Of a stretch of 64,000 nt of DNA, positions 36,336 to 46,244 are shown in pieces (positions within the stretch are counted from its first letter, which is position 1; each line of letters starts with the position of its first letter). The notes below the pieces were generated by a model, which worked only from the letters and a program-made list of their open reading frames with translations, was not told where the DNA came from and made no database searches. A program made the position numbers and the translations under genes. Source of the DNA: a virus; the IMG/VR virus record IMGVR_UViG_2935656913_000002; one strand, written 5' to 3'.

Positions 36336-37574
36336 TTAAATCCCCATCACCCCTTTGAGCACGTTCCGACCGCGCTCAGAACGCTCCTCGGCCGCCTTCA
36401 CGGCAACCTGATCCGGGGCATTCTCGGCGCCGGTGTCGGTGCTGCCCTTCTTGGTGATCTGGGTGGATGCGATCTTGTTGAGTTCGTTGACCGCCTTCGT
36501 GGCCTTCTCAGAGGCAGCGGTCGCCGTCTCGTTGGCAACCTTCACGCTCGCGGTGAGCGTATTCAAGGTCTCCAAGATCGGAGCGTTGGCCTTGGTGATC
36601 GCCGCACCGAGCGCGGAAGCGAGGGCTTCAGCATCGATGGTCGCAGCCGGGGCCGGAGGCGCAACAACCGGAGCCGGAGGAGTTGCAGGTTCCTGCACGA
36701 CCGGATCGGTCTTGGCGGCGACGGGCGGCACAACCGCCGCAACCGGCGCAACAACCGGGGTTTCCGGCACGACGGGGGCTTCCGTCTTGGTCGTGATCGT
36801 CGTCAATGCGGTAACTCCTGCTTTGTGGGCCTCGATGAACTTCTTGACGTTCTCGTGCTTCTCCACGGCTTCCGAGCCGAGCGCTGCCGAGAACATGGTG
36901 TCGATGGCGACGATGATGCCGCCCATCTCGGTGCAGATCGAGGCAATCTTGGTGGCCTTGTCGCCATCCTCGTTGCCGAGCACGTTGCTCAGTGCGGTGA
37001 CGCTGGCGCTGATGACTTCCTGCACGCCGGGCGGAATGCCATCGACCATGCCCGCCTCGATGACATCGGAGACGTTCTCGGCCTTGGAGGAATACGCGGC
37101 CCACCAGTCGAACTTGAGGACGGTGTCGGCGCCCTTGGCGACCTTCTCGACCACTTCGCGCTTGCCGACGTAGCCGGTGACACCCGGCTCCATGACGACG
37201 GAACGAACGCCCGCGAACTCGGTCTCGGCGGTATCCGCGCCCTTGGCGACGAATTCCTCGTCCTTCTTCTCGATCACGAAGCCGTCGTAGCCGTTGCCGG
37301 TGAGATAGGTGTTCACCGCTGCCTCGTCCTTGAAGACGCTGGCATCGAAGACGATCTTCTGAACCGCAACAGCGGTCTTCTTGGTGGTGGCCTTCTGGGC
37401 AGTTCCGGCAATCGGCTTGATCGGCATAGTCGAGTCCCCTTCGGGTTTCTGGGCGTGTTTGAGGGTGGTGAACGGCTCTTGGATTGCCCCGTGATTGACC
37501 ACCGACACGAATGTCGGATGCGGATTGGTCAGAACCTTGACCTTACGGGTAACGGTTGTGGCGATCTGTTTCAC
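36336..37574 (-). CDS. Capsid scaffolding/maturation protein
   Basis: Between protease and capsid genes; low-complexity linker and helical C-terminus. Confidence 0.6.
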   Translation of the reverse strand: MKQIATTVTRKVKVLTNPHPTFVSVVNHGAIQEPFTTLKHAQKPEGDSTMPIKPIAGTAQKATTKKTAVAVQKIVFDASVFKDEAAVNTYLTGNGYDGFVIEKKDEEFVAKGADTAETEFAGVRSVVMEPGVTGYVGKREVVEKVAKGADTVLKFDWWAAYSSKAENVSDVIEAGMVDGIPPGVQEVISASVTALSNVLGNEDGDKATKIASICTEMGGIIVAIDTMFSAALGSEAVEKHENVKKFIEAHKAGVTALTTITTKTEAPVVPETPVVAPVAAVVPPVAAKTDPVVQEPATPPAPVVAPPAPAATIDAEALASALGAAITKANAPILETLNTLTASVKVANETATAASEKATKAVNELNKIASTQITKKGSTDTGAENAPDQVAVKAAEERSERGRNVLKGVMGI

Positions 37575-38179
37575 GGGAGGCGATACCTATGAGCGTGCTT
37601 CTCGGCCATATCCGTAGCGGTGCCGAAGGTGATCTTATGGACGTGACCGTCCTCACCCGCTGACGTTTCGCCACCATTGATTTTGCCGTCAGCATCTATT
37701 TGTATGAAAAAAACGTGATCGTGTCCATCCGTCTTTTCCGTGTGCCCGAACACATGAGGATAGAACGTCAACTCAACGTCGGCATCAACCTTCGTGATGT
37801 AGGTCTCGACGGAGTATCCGTTGTACTTGCCGCTCTCGATATCGCCCCAGAGCTTGGCGTCGTCAACCTTGATCGACATGACCCACGCGCCTTCCGGATA
37901 ATCCGGATCGCCTGCCCTAGCGATAAAGCTTTCAACCGCAGTGGCCTGCACCACGCGGTTGCCGTGCATCAAATCGATCTGGTTGTTCTTGAGGCCGAGC
38001 ATGAAGCGATGAGCCATAAGCTCAACGTCCGCCGCCAGCATCATTTCGTCGTGGGTATCGAGCACATTGGGGACGTACACGATGCCGGTGGCAATGTGCT
38101 TCTTGGCGTCAACCTTCTTCAGGGCAACTTGAAAGCTGCTCTGATCCGAGGCCGTCGCTATGAGTTCGTCCGGTGTCAT
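37571..38179 (-). CDS. Prohead protease (XkdF-like)
   Basis: G.VYVP...D.H, MAH.F, IDLMH, VES.IA, GAW....KV.D..LW..I..GKY.GYS. Confidence 0.85.
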   Translation of the reverse strand: MTPDELIATASDQSSFQVALKKVDAKKHIATGIVYVPNVLDTHDEMMLAADVELMAHRFMLGLKNNQIDLMHGNRVVQATAVESFIARAGDPDYPEGAWVMSIKVDDAKLWGDIESGKYNGYSVETYITKVDADVELTFYPHVFGHTEKTDGHDHVFFIQIDADGKINGGETSAGEDGHVHKITFGTATDMAEKHAHRYRLP

Positions 38180-40101
38180 CGTGCAGGTGCCTGCAATTCT
38201 TGCGTAATGTGGTGCTTCAGTTCGGACGAAATCATCCGCATTTCCTTTCTTACCATATTCTGCAAGAAGTAGTTACCCACAATCGGCGTCGCTGTTTCTT
38301 CGCCCTTCTTGCTGATCGAAGTGTTCTTCGACTTGCTCTTGGCGGGGACGCGGGGCGGCTTCTTGCCTGCGGGGGCAGGCTTGCCGCTGCCGGGTTCGAC
38401 CGGGTCGGGCTGAAGGTCTTGCAGCGCCGATGCCATGTTGAGGGACCGTTCGTCCGCCATGTCGGCCTTCTCGGCTTCTGCCTCGATATCGACGATGAAC
38501 TCAGTGAGACCCCTGACCTCGCGGCCAGCGACGACATATTGCATGACCGCCGCGAACGGGAAGTCGCCCCACTCCTCGGTCACCGGCTTGATATCGATGT
38601 CCAAAATCTTGTTGGCGATCTTGATCACCGCGTTGGGCGTCAGCGCACCGGTCGCGTCGAGCGTCGTCAGCATCACTGCGAGACTATCCGGATCGGCCAG
38701 AGGAACGCCAAGAGACTTGAACCGCCAGTATCGCGGACGGTAGGTCCGGAGTATCTGGTTGTTCATCACATCGTCGAACGCTTGACGCTCCGGCCCGAAA
38801 ATCTGCTGTTCTGCCGTCACCATCGAGGCAAAGGCGCTAGCTCGGGTGTAGTCTTCCGCCCTGCCCGCATAGATCGGAGGCAGGCGGAACGATGAGCGGA
38901 TTTTCTGCTGATTGGCTGCGTCGTAGTCCTTGAACAGGCCGTCCTGCTGGCGCTCCGAGATCATCGGCTTCATATCGATCTTGGGCGCGGAAATCGAGTG
39001 GTCCGTCGAGCCCGCCGTATCGTCTCCCGATGCTTCAAGCACCAGAATACGGTTCATGGCCGTACGGCCCTTGAGCGCGGTGATGTAGCTCTCGATGGTC
39101 TGGAAGCTCTCTTGAGTAAGAGCACCACCGGAGATCAGAACGGCCATTGCCGGGATCGCGTTCTCACGGAAGAAGTTGAGATTGACCATTTCGGACTCAC
39201 GCGAGCCGAGGATTGAGGGCAACTGACCAATCCAGCGCGGCAGGCCGTAAACCTGTCCCGGCGTGTACAGCGATAGCATGAGAATTTCAGTTGCCTGATC
39301 CTCGAATGCGATGGTGTTGTCTTCCTCGCCTGTCTTGGGGTTGATGCGGCGGGGATCACCGAATTCCTTGAAGTAAACCCGGCTCCACGCTTGGTTGGCG
39401 TACACATACTGCACGTAGCGGCAGAAGTAACGCAGCGCCGTTTTCTTGATCATTTGCGACGGGTCAGCGGGGTTTGGTACCTCAAGCGTGACTTCGGTCG
39501 GTATGGTATCACGCAACGTCCGGCGCATGGTTGTGCCCGGAACGTGATCCATCATGACGATGCGACCGGCTAGGTCGCGGCTCATCTCAAAGAAACCTTG
39601 CCCCATGGTTTCCTTGTCCCAGCGGTAGCGCTCCCGCACTTCCTTCAGGGACCATTCCGGGCTGCACAGCGAGACAAAGTTCTCAAGCTGCACCTTTTCG
39701 GCCTGAACGTCGGGGGTGCTTTCCTGCCCTTCCGGTCCGACGTACTCGAACATGTGGCCGTAGCTCTCGATGTTCACCACGTAGGCTTCGATGCACTGCC
39801 GTAGCGTATTCGAGTTCTGGACGAGACGGGCAAGCGTCTCAAAAGGGTAGCTGGGCGTAACGCCGTACATCGTATTGCCGGTGATCCCGGCCGCGTTCGT
39901 GGAGTACGGCATAGCGTCCGGGGCCGCGTTGCTGTGCAGCGCGGGAGCGGATGACGCTTTGGTGAGGATGTCCGAGAACGCCGCCGTATGGCCTTCGGCT
40001 TGCGAGGTATTGAGCCGAATGTTGCGAACGCCGCGCTGGGTGCGGGGCACGGCCTTGGTGACCGGCTTCATGGCCGGACGCTGAATTGTTTTAATCGGCA
40101 T
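38176..40101 (-). CDS. Portal protein
   Basis: G.GFFE..RD, YGLPRW, NLNFFRE.AIP, IRSSFRLPPI. Confidence 0.88.
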   Translation of the reverse strand: MPIKTIQRPAMKPVTKAVPRTQRGVRNIRLNTSQAEGHTAAFSDILTKASSAPALHSNAAPDAMPYSTNAAGITGNTMYGVTPSYPFETLARLVQNSNTLRQCIEAYVVNIESYGHMFEYVGPEGQESTPDVQAEKVQLENFVSLCSPEWSLKEVRERYRWDKETMGQGFFEMSRDLAGRIVMMDHVPGTTMRRTLRDTIPTEVTLEVPNPADPSQMIKKTALRYFCRYVQYVYANQAWSRVYFKEFGDPRRINPKTGEEDNTIAFEDQATEILMLSLYTPGQVYGLPRWIGQLPSILGSRESEMVNLNFFRENAIPAMAVLISGGALTQESFQTIESYITALKGRTAMNRILVLEASGDDTAGSTDHSISAPKIDMKPMISERQQDGLFKDYDAANQQKIRSSFRLPPIYAGRAEDYTRASAFASMVTAEQQIFGPERQAFDDVMNNQILRTYRPRYWRFKSLGVPLADPDSLAVMLTTLDATGALTPNAVIKIANKILDIDIKPVTEEWGDFPFAAVMQYVVAGREVRGLTEFIVDIEAEAEKADMADERSLNMASALQDLQPDPVEPGSGKPAPAGKKPPRVPAKSKSKNTSISKKGEETATPIVGNYFLQNMVRKEMRMISSELKHHITQELQAPAR

Positions 40102-40127
40102 ATTTGCCCCACTGAGAGAGTGAGGCA

Positions 40128-40156
40128 ATAGTACGATCAGCGAGTCAGGAAAGCAA
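40128..40156 (-). promoter_or_regulatory. Putative promoter of the head operon
   Basis: TTGCTT-N17-TACTAT; shares TGACGTTGCTTT with the promoter at 57149-57177. Confidence 0.5.
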
Positions 40157-40158
40157 CG

Positions 40159-40644
40159 TCAGCGACTGTCGCGACGATTATGGCGCTGCTGAACACGATT
40201 GGCCCAACGACAATTATCGGGCTCATAATTCCCGTCAACGTCTGGGTAGCGATCAAGAGTAGTTCCGGCTGGTCGTTCCCCCATGTCGGTCAGAAAGTCA
40301 TTAAATGAGTTTAGCCACCGCTCGCAAACACGTATGCCGCGCGCACCATAATACTTATAGTTATCTGCGTCGGGATTGGTGCATCGCTTTTTCATACTCT
40401 GCCATGACAGATACGTTCGTGACGGAGATCGTTGCTTGTTGTGGCCATGGGTAACTTCTCGCGCCAAACAACCACACGACTTTATGTTCCCGGTCTTTAG
40501 ATGCGCCGCGCGCACGTCGATCAGTTTGCGACAAGCGCACCGACACATAAGTCTTGTATGGGTACCCGCATCTGGAATGACATGCAGTACCGTCAAGCGC
40601 CCGAACATCGAACCGGGTGAGTAAGTCGCACGCGGCCTCGCCAT
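40159..40644 (-). mobile_element. Second HNH homing-type endonuclease
   Basis: FGRLTV, CRCAC, SCGC, WQSMKKRC, YGARGIRVCERW, TLDR....GNYEPDNCRW; lower GC. Confidence 0.85.
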
Positions 40645-40648
40645 GGCG

Positions 40649-41023
40649 TCACTTCCGGTTACGCAGCGGGTTGGAGCCCATACGAAAAGCCCATAACGGG
40701 CAGACAACGTCCGAACACATGCGAGCACCTTTGGCGCCGCCCGCACAAAGAACGCAGAATGCGCGAATGCCCGTGGCCTTGCTGCGGATGCGGTTGCGGT
40801 AGGACTGCTCCATGTTGTCGCCTTTGTTCTGGGCGTTCCGCAACATGAGCACAAGATCGTCGGTTGGTACCGATGTGGGGTCCGCGCCAGCGTGAGCAAG
40901 ATAGCTGCACACTCGCAAGCCCGGCTTGTCGATCCCAGTAAGCACCGCGTCCGGACTTGGGATGTAGACCTTGGGCGTTTCAGTTGCAGGTGCCTGCAAT
41001 TCGCCGCGCTTCTTAATCGGCAT
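40649..41023 (-). CDS. Cys4 (putative zinc-binding) protein, paralog B
   Basis: IRAFCVLCAGG...RMCSDVVCPLWAFRMGSNP. Confidence 0.65.
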   Translation of the reverse strand: MPIKKRGELQAPATETPKVYIPSPDAVLTGIDKPGLRVCSYLAHAGADPTSVPTDDLVLMLRNAQNKGDNMEQSYRNRIRSKATGIRAFCVLCAGGAKGARMCSDVVCPLWAFRMGSNPLRNRK

Positions 41024-41552
41024 CGCTCGCTCCTTCTTCCGCCGCGTCCTCTTCCACAAGCGCGTCGTCGGCATCGAGTTCGAACTCGACACTCTCTACC
41101 GGTGCGAGCACCTTGCCAAAGAACGGGTTCGCGCCGAGGCGGAACGGCCACAAGGGGCAAGCAATAGCCTCACATGCGCGGACCTCAGAAGTCTGGCCAC
41201 CCATACAGTAGATGCAGAAGGCCCGAATGGCCGTTCCTTGGTTCTTAATACGCTTACGCGCTGTCTTGGTGACGTGATCACTAACCGCACTGTCATGGAT
41301 CAGTTCCTTCAGGGCTTTGACCGGTATCTCCTTCGGGTTCTTACCCTGATAGAGCAGCCTAAATTCGAGCGGCGCGATCCGCTCCTCAAGATCGAGGATG
41401 CGTTCGAAGTCTTTCTTGTTGTTGGCGTCGTCAAGTTCGACCAACAAGCCATAGTAGCCGCTCTCCGCGCGACGGAATTGCTTAAGGTCTTCCGCGCCGA
41501 AGCCATCGGACTTGAGTTGTTCGTCCGAGCGTATTTGTTTTTTCGTGAGCAT
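41013..41552 (-). CDS. Cys4 (putative zinc-binding) protein, paralog A
   Basis: IRAFCIYCMGG...RACEAIACPLWPFRLGANP. Confidence 0.65.
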   Translation of the reverse strand: MLTKKQIRSDEQLKSDGFGAEDLKQFRRAESGYYGLLVELDDANNKKDFERILDLEERIAPLEFRLLYQGKNPKEIPVKALKELIHDSAVSDHVTKTARKRIKNQGTAIRAFCIYCMGGQTSEVRACEAIACPLWPFRLGANPFFGKVLAPVESVEFELDADDALVEEDAAEEGASDAD

Positions 41553-41679
41553 GATTGGTTATCGCACGTTCGAACTAGCGAGTGGTGCGGAGTTTTCTTG
41601 TCTTGTTAGGTGCGAAGCGCCAAACTTACAACGCACGCCGTCCATAGTGGTCTTGCCGCATCGGCAAACGCCGTTCCAC

Positions 41680-42315
41680 TCAATCATCCCGCGCAATGGC
41701 GCGGTTCTCGATAAGGGTCTTCCAATTATCGGGAGGGGCACTCTTTTCATAATGCCGGGCTTGGGCAGGATTTTCATAGCGCGGGTGCTCCGAAAGGGCT
41801 ATGGGGAAAAATGTCCTCCGGTTCGCCCGTTGCCGGGGCTTGCGCCGGAAGATGTAATGCTCGTCAACAGTGACGAGGTAGAACCGGTCAATGAACAGAT
41901 CGGGAAGTAATGCACCGTCTATATCGAGGTCGAGTTCGCGGCTGATCCACGGGTCGTACTCCCGCAAATCGTCAGGTATCTCGATTTCAACACGGGCACC
42001 CCCTTTCGGAGGTCGCAAGGAGAAACCGGGCGCTACCGGCCCGTCTGGTACGAACTTGCTGGCAAGGCGAGCAACGTGATCCGCCCTTCCCGATGTTGCG
42101 AGGGCGTTCAACCATTCATCAGAGATGAGACGGTGGACGCCCAGATGCTCCGCGAGTTCGAAATCCCCGTACTCGTGCCCGTGCTTGAAATGCTGGGAGA
42201 TCGCGCGATGAAAAAGCTCAAGGCCCTCATCCCATATTTGATTATTCTCGATATACGGAGATGCCGACAAAGTAAGCGCGGCGGCCTTGGGCTTATTAAG
42301 GATAGGTAGCGGCAT
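41680..42315 (-). CDS. Hypothetical protein
   Basis: Starts MPLPILNK; the 3' end overlaps another small ORF. Confidence 0.5.
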   Translation of the reverse strand: MPLPILNKPKAAALTLSASPYIENNQIWDEGLELFHRAISQHFKHGHEYGDFELAEHLGVHRLISDEWLNALATSGRADHVARLASKFVPDGPVAPGFSLRPPKGGARVEIEIPDDLREYDPWISRELDLDIDGALLPDLFIDRFYLVTVDEHYIFRRKPRQRANRRTFFPIALSEHPRYENPAQARHYEKSAPPDNWKTLIENRAIARDD

Positions 42316-42317
42316 CG

Positions 42318-42593
42318 CTACTCCGGATCGTTGAGCAGCGGCACATGGAACGATACCGGCTGCACGTCGGGGATTTCCGCGATCTCGTGCACTGCTTCCG
42401 GGTGCTTGAACTCCTCCGGCTTCGGCGCGTTCTTGGTGTTCCACTCATTGACCATCGGGTCAAAGACGCTGGTGCTCACAGGGTGCCACGGGCCAGCACC
42501 GCAACGACAGGAAAGGCGATGAAGCTCGCCCTCCCCTCGGCTGTTCTCTAGCTTGGGTTTTTGGCCGCAAACCAAGCACTTAATCGCATCCAT
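42318..42593 (-). CDS. Small zinc-ribbon protein (Lar-like, tentative)
   Basis: CLVC...CRCG...EWN pattern. Confidence 0.45.
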   Translation of the reverse strand: MDAIKCLVCGQKPKLENSRGEGELHRLSCRCGAGPWHPVSTSVFDPMVNEWNTKNAPKPEEFKHPEAVHEIAEIPDVQPVSFHVPLLNDPE

Positions 42594-42616
42594 AGTCCGC
42601 CCTCCGATTTGAAAGC

Positions 42617-42645
42617 ATTATACCGTATCGCAGATTTTTCGTCAA
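42617..42645 (-). promoter_or_regulatory. Near-consensus sigma70 promoter
   Basis: TTGACG-N17-TATAAT, then a GGAGG RBS before 42593. Confidence 0.75.
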
Positions 42646-42648
42646 TGA

Positions 42649-44775
42649 TTAGCGACGGTTAGTTGCCCGTCGGAACACCGACTTGCGCAGCGTGATATGT
42701 CGCGCAGTCTCGACCGATTTTGCAGGTTCCTGCACCGCTTCGCCATCCTTGGGCTTGGCGTCCGAACCGACGTTGATCTTGTTGAGGATCGGGCTCCACG
42801 CCACGCGGCGCTTCAGGAGGAACGATGTCACGCCGCAAACAGCGTCGGCAACGTCCTTAGTGCCATTGGATCGGTGATCGACCTTGTCCGGCTTGGTGCC
42901 CTGACTACGGACATACTCAAGACCGGCAAGCTCGTTCGCCAAGAACTGGAGCCGGGGCAGATACATCGCCCTGTCGTACATCGAGTCACGCAATGACCGG
43001 TAAGGATCGATCTGCTCGACCGAGAGGTAGTCCGCCTTGAAGCCCTTCGTCCGCAAAATCTGGCGGCTGTCCACCGACTGGAAGCCATCGAAGGTCACGT
43101 ACTCGATGGGCAACCCGAACTGGTCCCGCATCATGATCAGGAATTCACGGATGTGAGCGAACTCGATTTCACCATTCGGCGGTGGAATGCAACGCAAGAT
43201 GCAGTCAAAGCCCACAATCGGCTTCAATTCGCTGATCTTGAGCTTGGTAACGGGGTCAAACCGCTCAATGAGTTTCTGCCCGGCAATGTGGCCGATGGCG
43301 ATGCCGCAGGCGTCACGCGTGAGACCCATGTCGATATGGGCTGTGCGGAAAATCTTCAGATTGGTCTTGAGCAGTTCTCGCTTCGGCTTGGGGATGCCAA
43401 AATGGAAATCATATTGCTCATATTCGAACGGATTGACGTAGCCGTTCTCTGCCCCGTCGTTCATGCAGTCGTGGATGGAACTACGGCGGTTGATGAAAGG
43501 ACGAGAAGCAAGGATGGTGCGGCCAGCGTAGTCTCGCAGCGACCCGTCCAAGTCCCGCTCAAAGTCCACCCGAAAATCTTCTGGCACCTCGATAACGTCG
43601 CAGTCCGCAACGGTCGGTTCGTCCGCCGAGAGTATCTTGGATCGCACCATACTGTTGCCGACCATGACGCGGAACGTTTCGGGCAGGAACTGGTCCCTCC
43701 CCTTCACGTCCCAGATCGCCTTGGACATAACAAAGATGTTCGGGTCTGTGCCGCCCTGCATAGCGCTTTCGGCCGCCTTCGTTTCCGTGAAATCATCAGG
43801 GAAGCGAGACGACGAGATCAGGAACAGGAGGCCCGGCAGCTTGCCCTTCTTGGCGAAACGCGAGCGGCGACGGCGAGAGATGGCTTCGTAAATCGATTTT
43901 GCCTGACTAAACGAACCGTCGAGCCCCGCGTTCTGCGACTTCGATTTGAGCACCTTCTGCATGAAATTCATTTCGTCCAGAACGCCGCCGAGGATGTTCA
44001 TGGAGATAGCGCCGGTCGAGGATGACGACACTGGCAGCACGCGCAGCTTGTGTTCCGGAAAGATCATTTCGGTGGTGATCAGCTTGTTGTACGGGAAGAT
44101 GTATTTGAAGTACGGGCTCTGCTTGATCAGGCCGCCGAGTTCGTCAAAGACCGCTTTCTTGGCGGTCGCAAGTCGGATCGACTGAATAGAGAAAGCGATA
44201 CTGGCTCCCGACCGGATGCCGAACGTGGACTGCGGATGGCGCATGCAAGACAGCTTGTGGATGCCACGCACCATCATGATGTTCGACATGGTGGTCTTGC
44301 CGTAGCCGAGCGCGCCCTTGAGCACCGCTTCGACGTACTTGTCAGTATCGAGTTCAAGCATGGCCTCCAGGACACCCGGGAAGATTTCATCCCGTTTGAG
44401 TCCAAGATAGAAATTGCCGAAAATGAATTCCTCAAGATCGACGACCTTACGCCGGAACTCGGTCATTTCGATCAGAGCTTCGATGTTGCCGCTTTCGCGA
44501 AAAGTATCGACGCCGTCGAGCCAGAGATCGCGGGTCTCGTCGTCATCGAGTTGGTGCGCCTCCTCAATGATCTGATTGAGAATGAGCTGCGTCCGCTCGT
44601 CTAGACTCTTGTTAAAGTCGGCCGGAGATGCATGCTCAACCGGGCGCTTAAGATTGATCTTGCGGATATGCACGGCCGGTGCAGGCACCTGCAAGGTGAC
44701 CGCCTTGGGCAGGATGAGCCGGGGCTTCGGCAGGATACGGAAGCCGCTTTCCTTAACGATGGTGATCCCGACCAT
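42649..44775 (-). CDS. terL: Terminase large subunit
   Basis: Walker A GALGYGKT, Walker B VLDEMNF, RNase H-like nuclease HIDMG..RD, TFDGFQS, KDVADA. Confidence 0.92.
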   Translation of the reverse strand: MVGITIVKESGFRILPKPRLILPKAVTLQVPAPAVHIRKINLKRPVEHASPADFNKSLDERTQLILNQIIEEAHQLDDDETRDLWLDGVDTFRESGNIEALIEMTEFRRKVVDLEEFIFGNFYLGLKRDEIFPGVLEAMLELDTDKYVEAVLKGALGYGKTTMSNIMMVRGIHKLSCMRHPQSTFGIRSGASIAFSIQSIRLATAKKAVFDELGGLIKQSPYFKYIFPYNKLITTEMIFPEHKLRVLPVSSSSTGAISMNILGGVLDEMNFMQKVLKSKSQNAGLDGSFSQAKSIYEAISRRRRSRFAKKGKLPGLLFLISSSRFPDDFTETKAAESAMQGGTDPNIFVMSKAIWDVKGRDQFLPETFRVMVGNSMVRSKILSADEPTVADCDVIEVPEDFRVDFERDLDGSLRDYAGRTILASRPFINRRSSIHDCMNDGAENGYVNPFEYEQYDFHFGIPKPKRELLKTNLKIFRTAHIDMGLTRDACGIAIGHIAGQKLIERFDPVTKLKISELKPIVGFDCILRCIPPPNGEIEFAHIREFLIMMRDQFGLPIEYVTFDGFQSVDSRQILRTKGFKADYLSVEQIDPYRSLRDSMYDRAMYLPRLQFLANELAGLEYVRSQGTKPDKVDHRSNGTKDVADAVCGVTSFLLKRRVAWSPILNKINVGSDAKPKDGEAVQEPAKSVETARHITLRKSVFRRATNRR

Positions 44776-45392
44776 TAGCCCTTGGCTTCCACAACCTGTT
44801 TGACCATATTGTGCATGCGGTCGCGACTGGCCTGATCTTTCTTGACCCGGTTAAGGTCTTCCATGACCCCCGCCTCTTCCGCCGCTGCGACCGGCCGTCC
44901 GCCCTCGTTGATCCGGCCCCGCAACTTGCCAATCGTCTCGATGAGCTTCGTCGTGGCCTCAACGTCCTTAACCGTCGTCTGGAACAGCTTGCCCAAGTTC
45001 TTTTCGAGACCGACTTCGATCCCGAGACGGAGTTGCTGTATCTTCAGCAATTGCATCGCCGCCTGAAGCTCGTCAGGCATCGGCTGGTTCGGCTCGACTA
45101 ACCCGTCAAGGCCCTCCGCTTCGGCTTCCGCAATTGCTTCCGGATGCACCTTTCGGAAAGCACGGATGGCCTCCGCGAACGTACGCTCGTTAACATCGAT
45201 CCAGCCCTCGCGCGCCCAATGCGCCGCGACCTGCGCTGGCCCGACACCCGACTTGAGCGACGCGATCAGCAACTTGAACTTGGGATTGTTCGTGACAAGG
45301 CGCAGGAAGTACTTTTCCTGCGCCACTTTCTGACTTACGAGGCCCGGCCCGGTGAGGTTACGGGGTGGCAGTTTACGGACGGTGAGTGCCAT
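44775..45392 (-). CDS. Putative terminase small subunit
   Basis: Helical 205-aa protein translationally coupled to terL; called on position only. Confidence 0.55.
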   Translation of the reverse strand: MALTVRKLPPRNLTGPGLVSQKVAQEKYFLRLVTNNPKFKLLIASLKSGVGPAQVAAHWAREGWIDVNERTFAEAIRAFRKVHPEAIAEAEAEGLDGLVEPNQPMPDELQAAMQLLKIQQLRLGIEVGLEKNLGKLFQTTVKDVEATTKLIETIGKLRGRINEGGRPVAAAEEAGVMEDLNRVKKDQASRDRMHNMVKQVVEAKG

Positions 45393-45396
45393 GGCC

Positions 45397-46242
45397 CTAC
45401 TTCTTGGCTAGACGTGTTTCTCTGCGTTGAGCAACTTTATCCGATTTCTTGACCTTGCTCAAATCCGCGGTAGCGACGATCTGCTTCATGACATCCGCCA
45501 TGAGGAGCCCCTGCGATTTTACCCGCTCCTCAAGAGCTTCCATCATCTTGTTGAGTTGGTTGTCCGACTCAACGTAGTGATGCTTCTTGCCGCCGTAACT
45601 GAAAACAACAAACCCGTGATCCAGATCGGAGCCGTGCTCCTTGAAGATCGTGTGGATCACGGAGGACAACCCGTCCACGCTGGTGATGGTTTCTCGCGCC
45701 TCCTCCAGCTTTTTCTTTTGTGCCGGGTTGAGCGTCTTTTCGATGTTCTTATAGACCCGCTTGAACGCTTCGTCCTTCGTGAAACCCATTTGGAGCTTCA
45801 GGATCGAGGGGTCGTACTTTTTGGAAAGCTCGTTGTACAGTTGCGTGAACCTTTCCGGATTGAGGTTGCCGCGCATCTGGTTATCGCGGACTAGCGCGAA
45901 CTTCCGCTCGTCTTCGGTCCAGCCTTCTCGAACGACGCAAGGCACGTGAGTAAATTTGAGGACTTTCGCCGCCTTGAGGCGATGGTGGCCCGAGTACACA
46001 ATGTACTTGCCGGGCTCTTTGAGAGAAGGGATGACTTTGATTGGTTCGTCAAATCCCTTGTCCTTGATGACTTGGACGAGTTGATCGAACGTTTGCTCGT
46101 CTTGCTCATTCGGGTTTTCCTTGGACTCCAAAACGTCCTCAATCGGAATATCAAACACCTCAACGATGGTGCTCCGCTTAAGGACGGGCCTTGCTGCCAC
46201 GGTCGGGCGCTGGGCGGACAACTTCTTGATCGCGAGGGCCAT
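45397..46242 (-). CDS. ParB/Srx N-terminal-domain protein
   Basis: NPNEQD...F..L...I...GFDEPI.V, YSGHHRL.AAK.L, DNQMRG. Confidence 0.85.
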   Translation of the reverse strand: MALAIKKLSAQRPTVAARPVLKRSTIVEVFDIPIEDVLESKENPNEQDEQTFDQLVQVIKDKGFDEPIKVIPSLKEPGKYIVYSGHHRLKAAKVLKFTHVPCVVREGWTEDERKFALVRDNQMRGNLNPERFTQLYNELSKKYDPSILKLQMGFTKDEAFKRVYKNIEKTLNPAQKKKLEEARETITSVDGLSSVIHTIFKEHGSDLDHGFVVFSYGGKKHHYVESDNQLNKMMEALEERVKSQGLLMADVMKQIVATADLSKVKKSDKVAQRRETRLAKK

Positions 46243-46244
46243 GA

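Noticed and set aside
35142-37592. 816-aa plus-strand ORF
   Set aside because: Spans the capsid and scaffold genes in antisense; His/Arg-rich composition typical of shadow frames.
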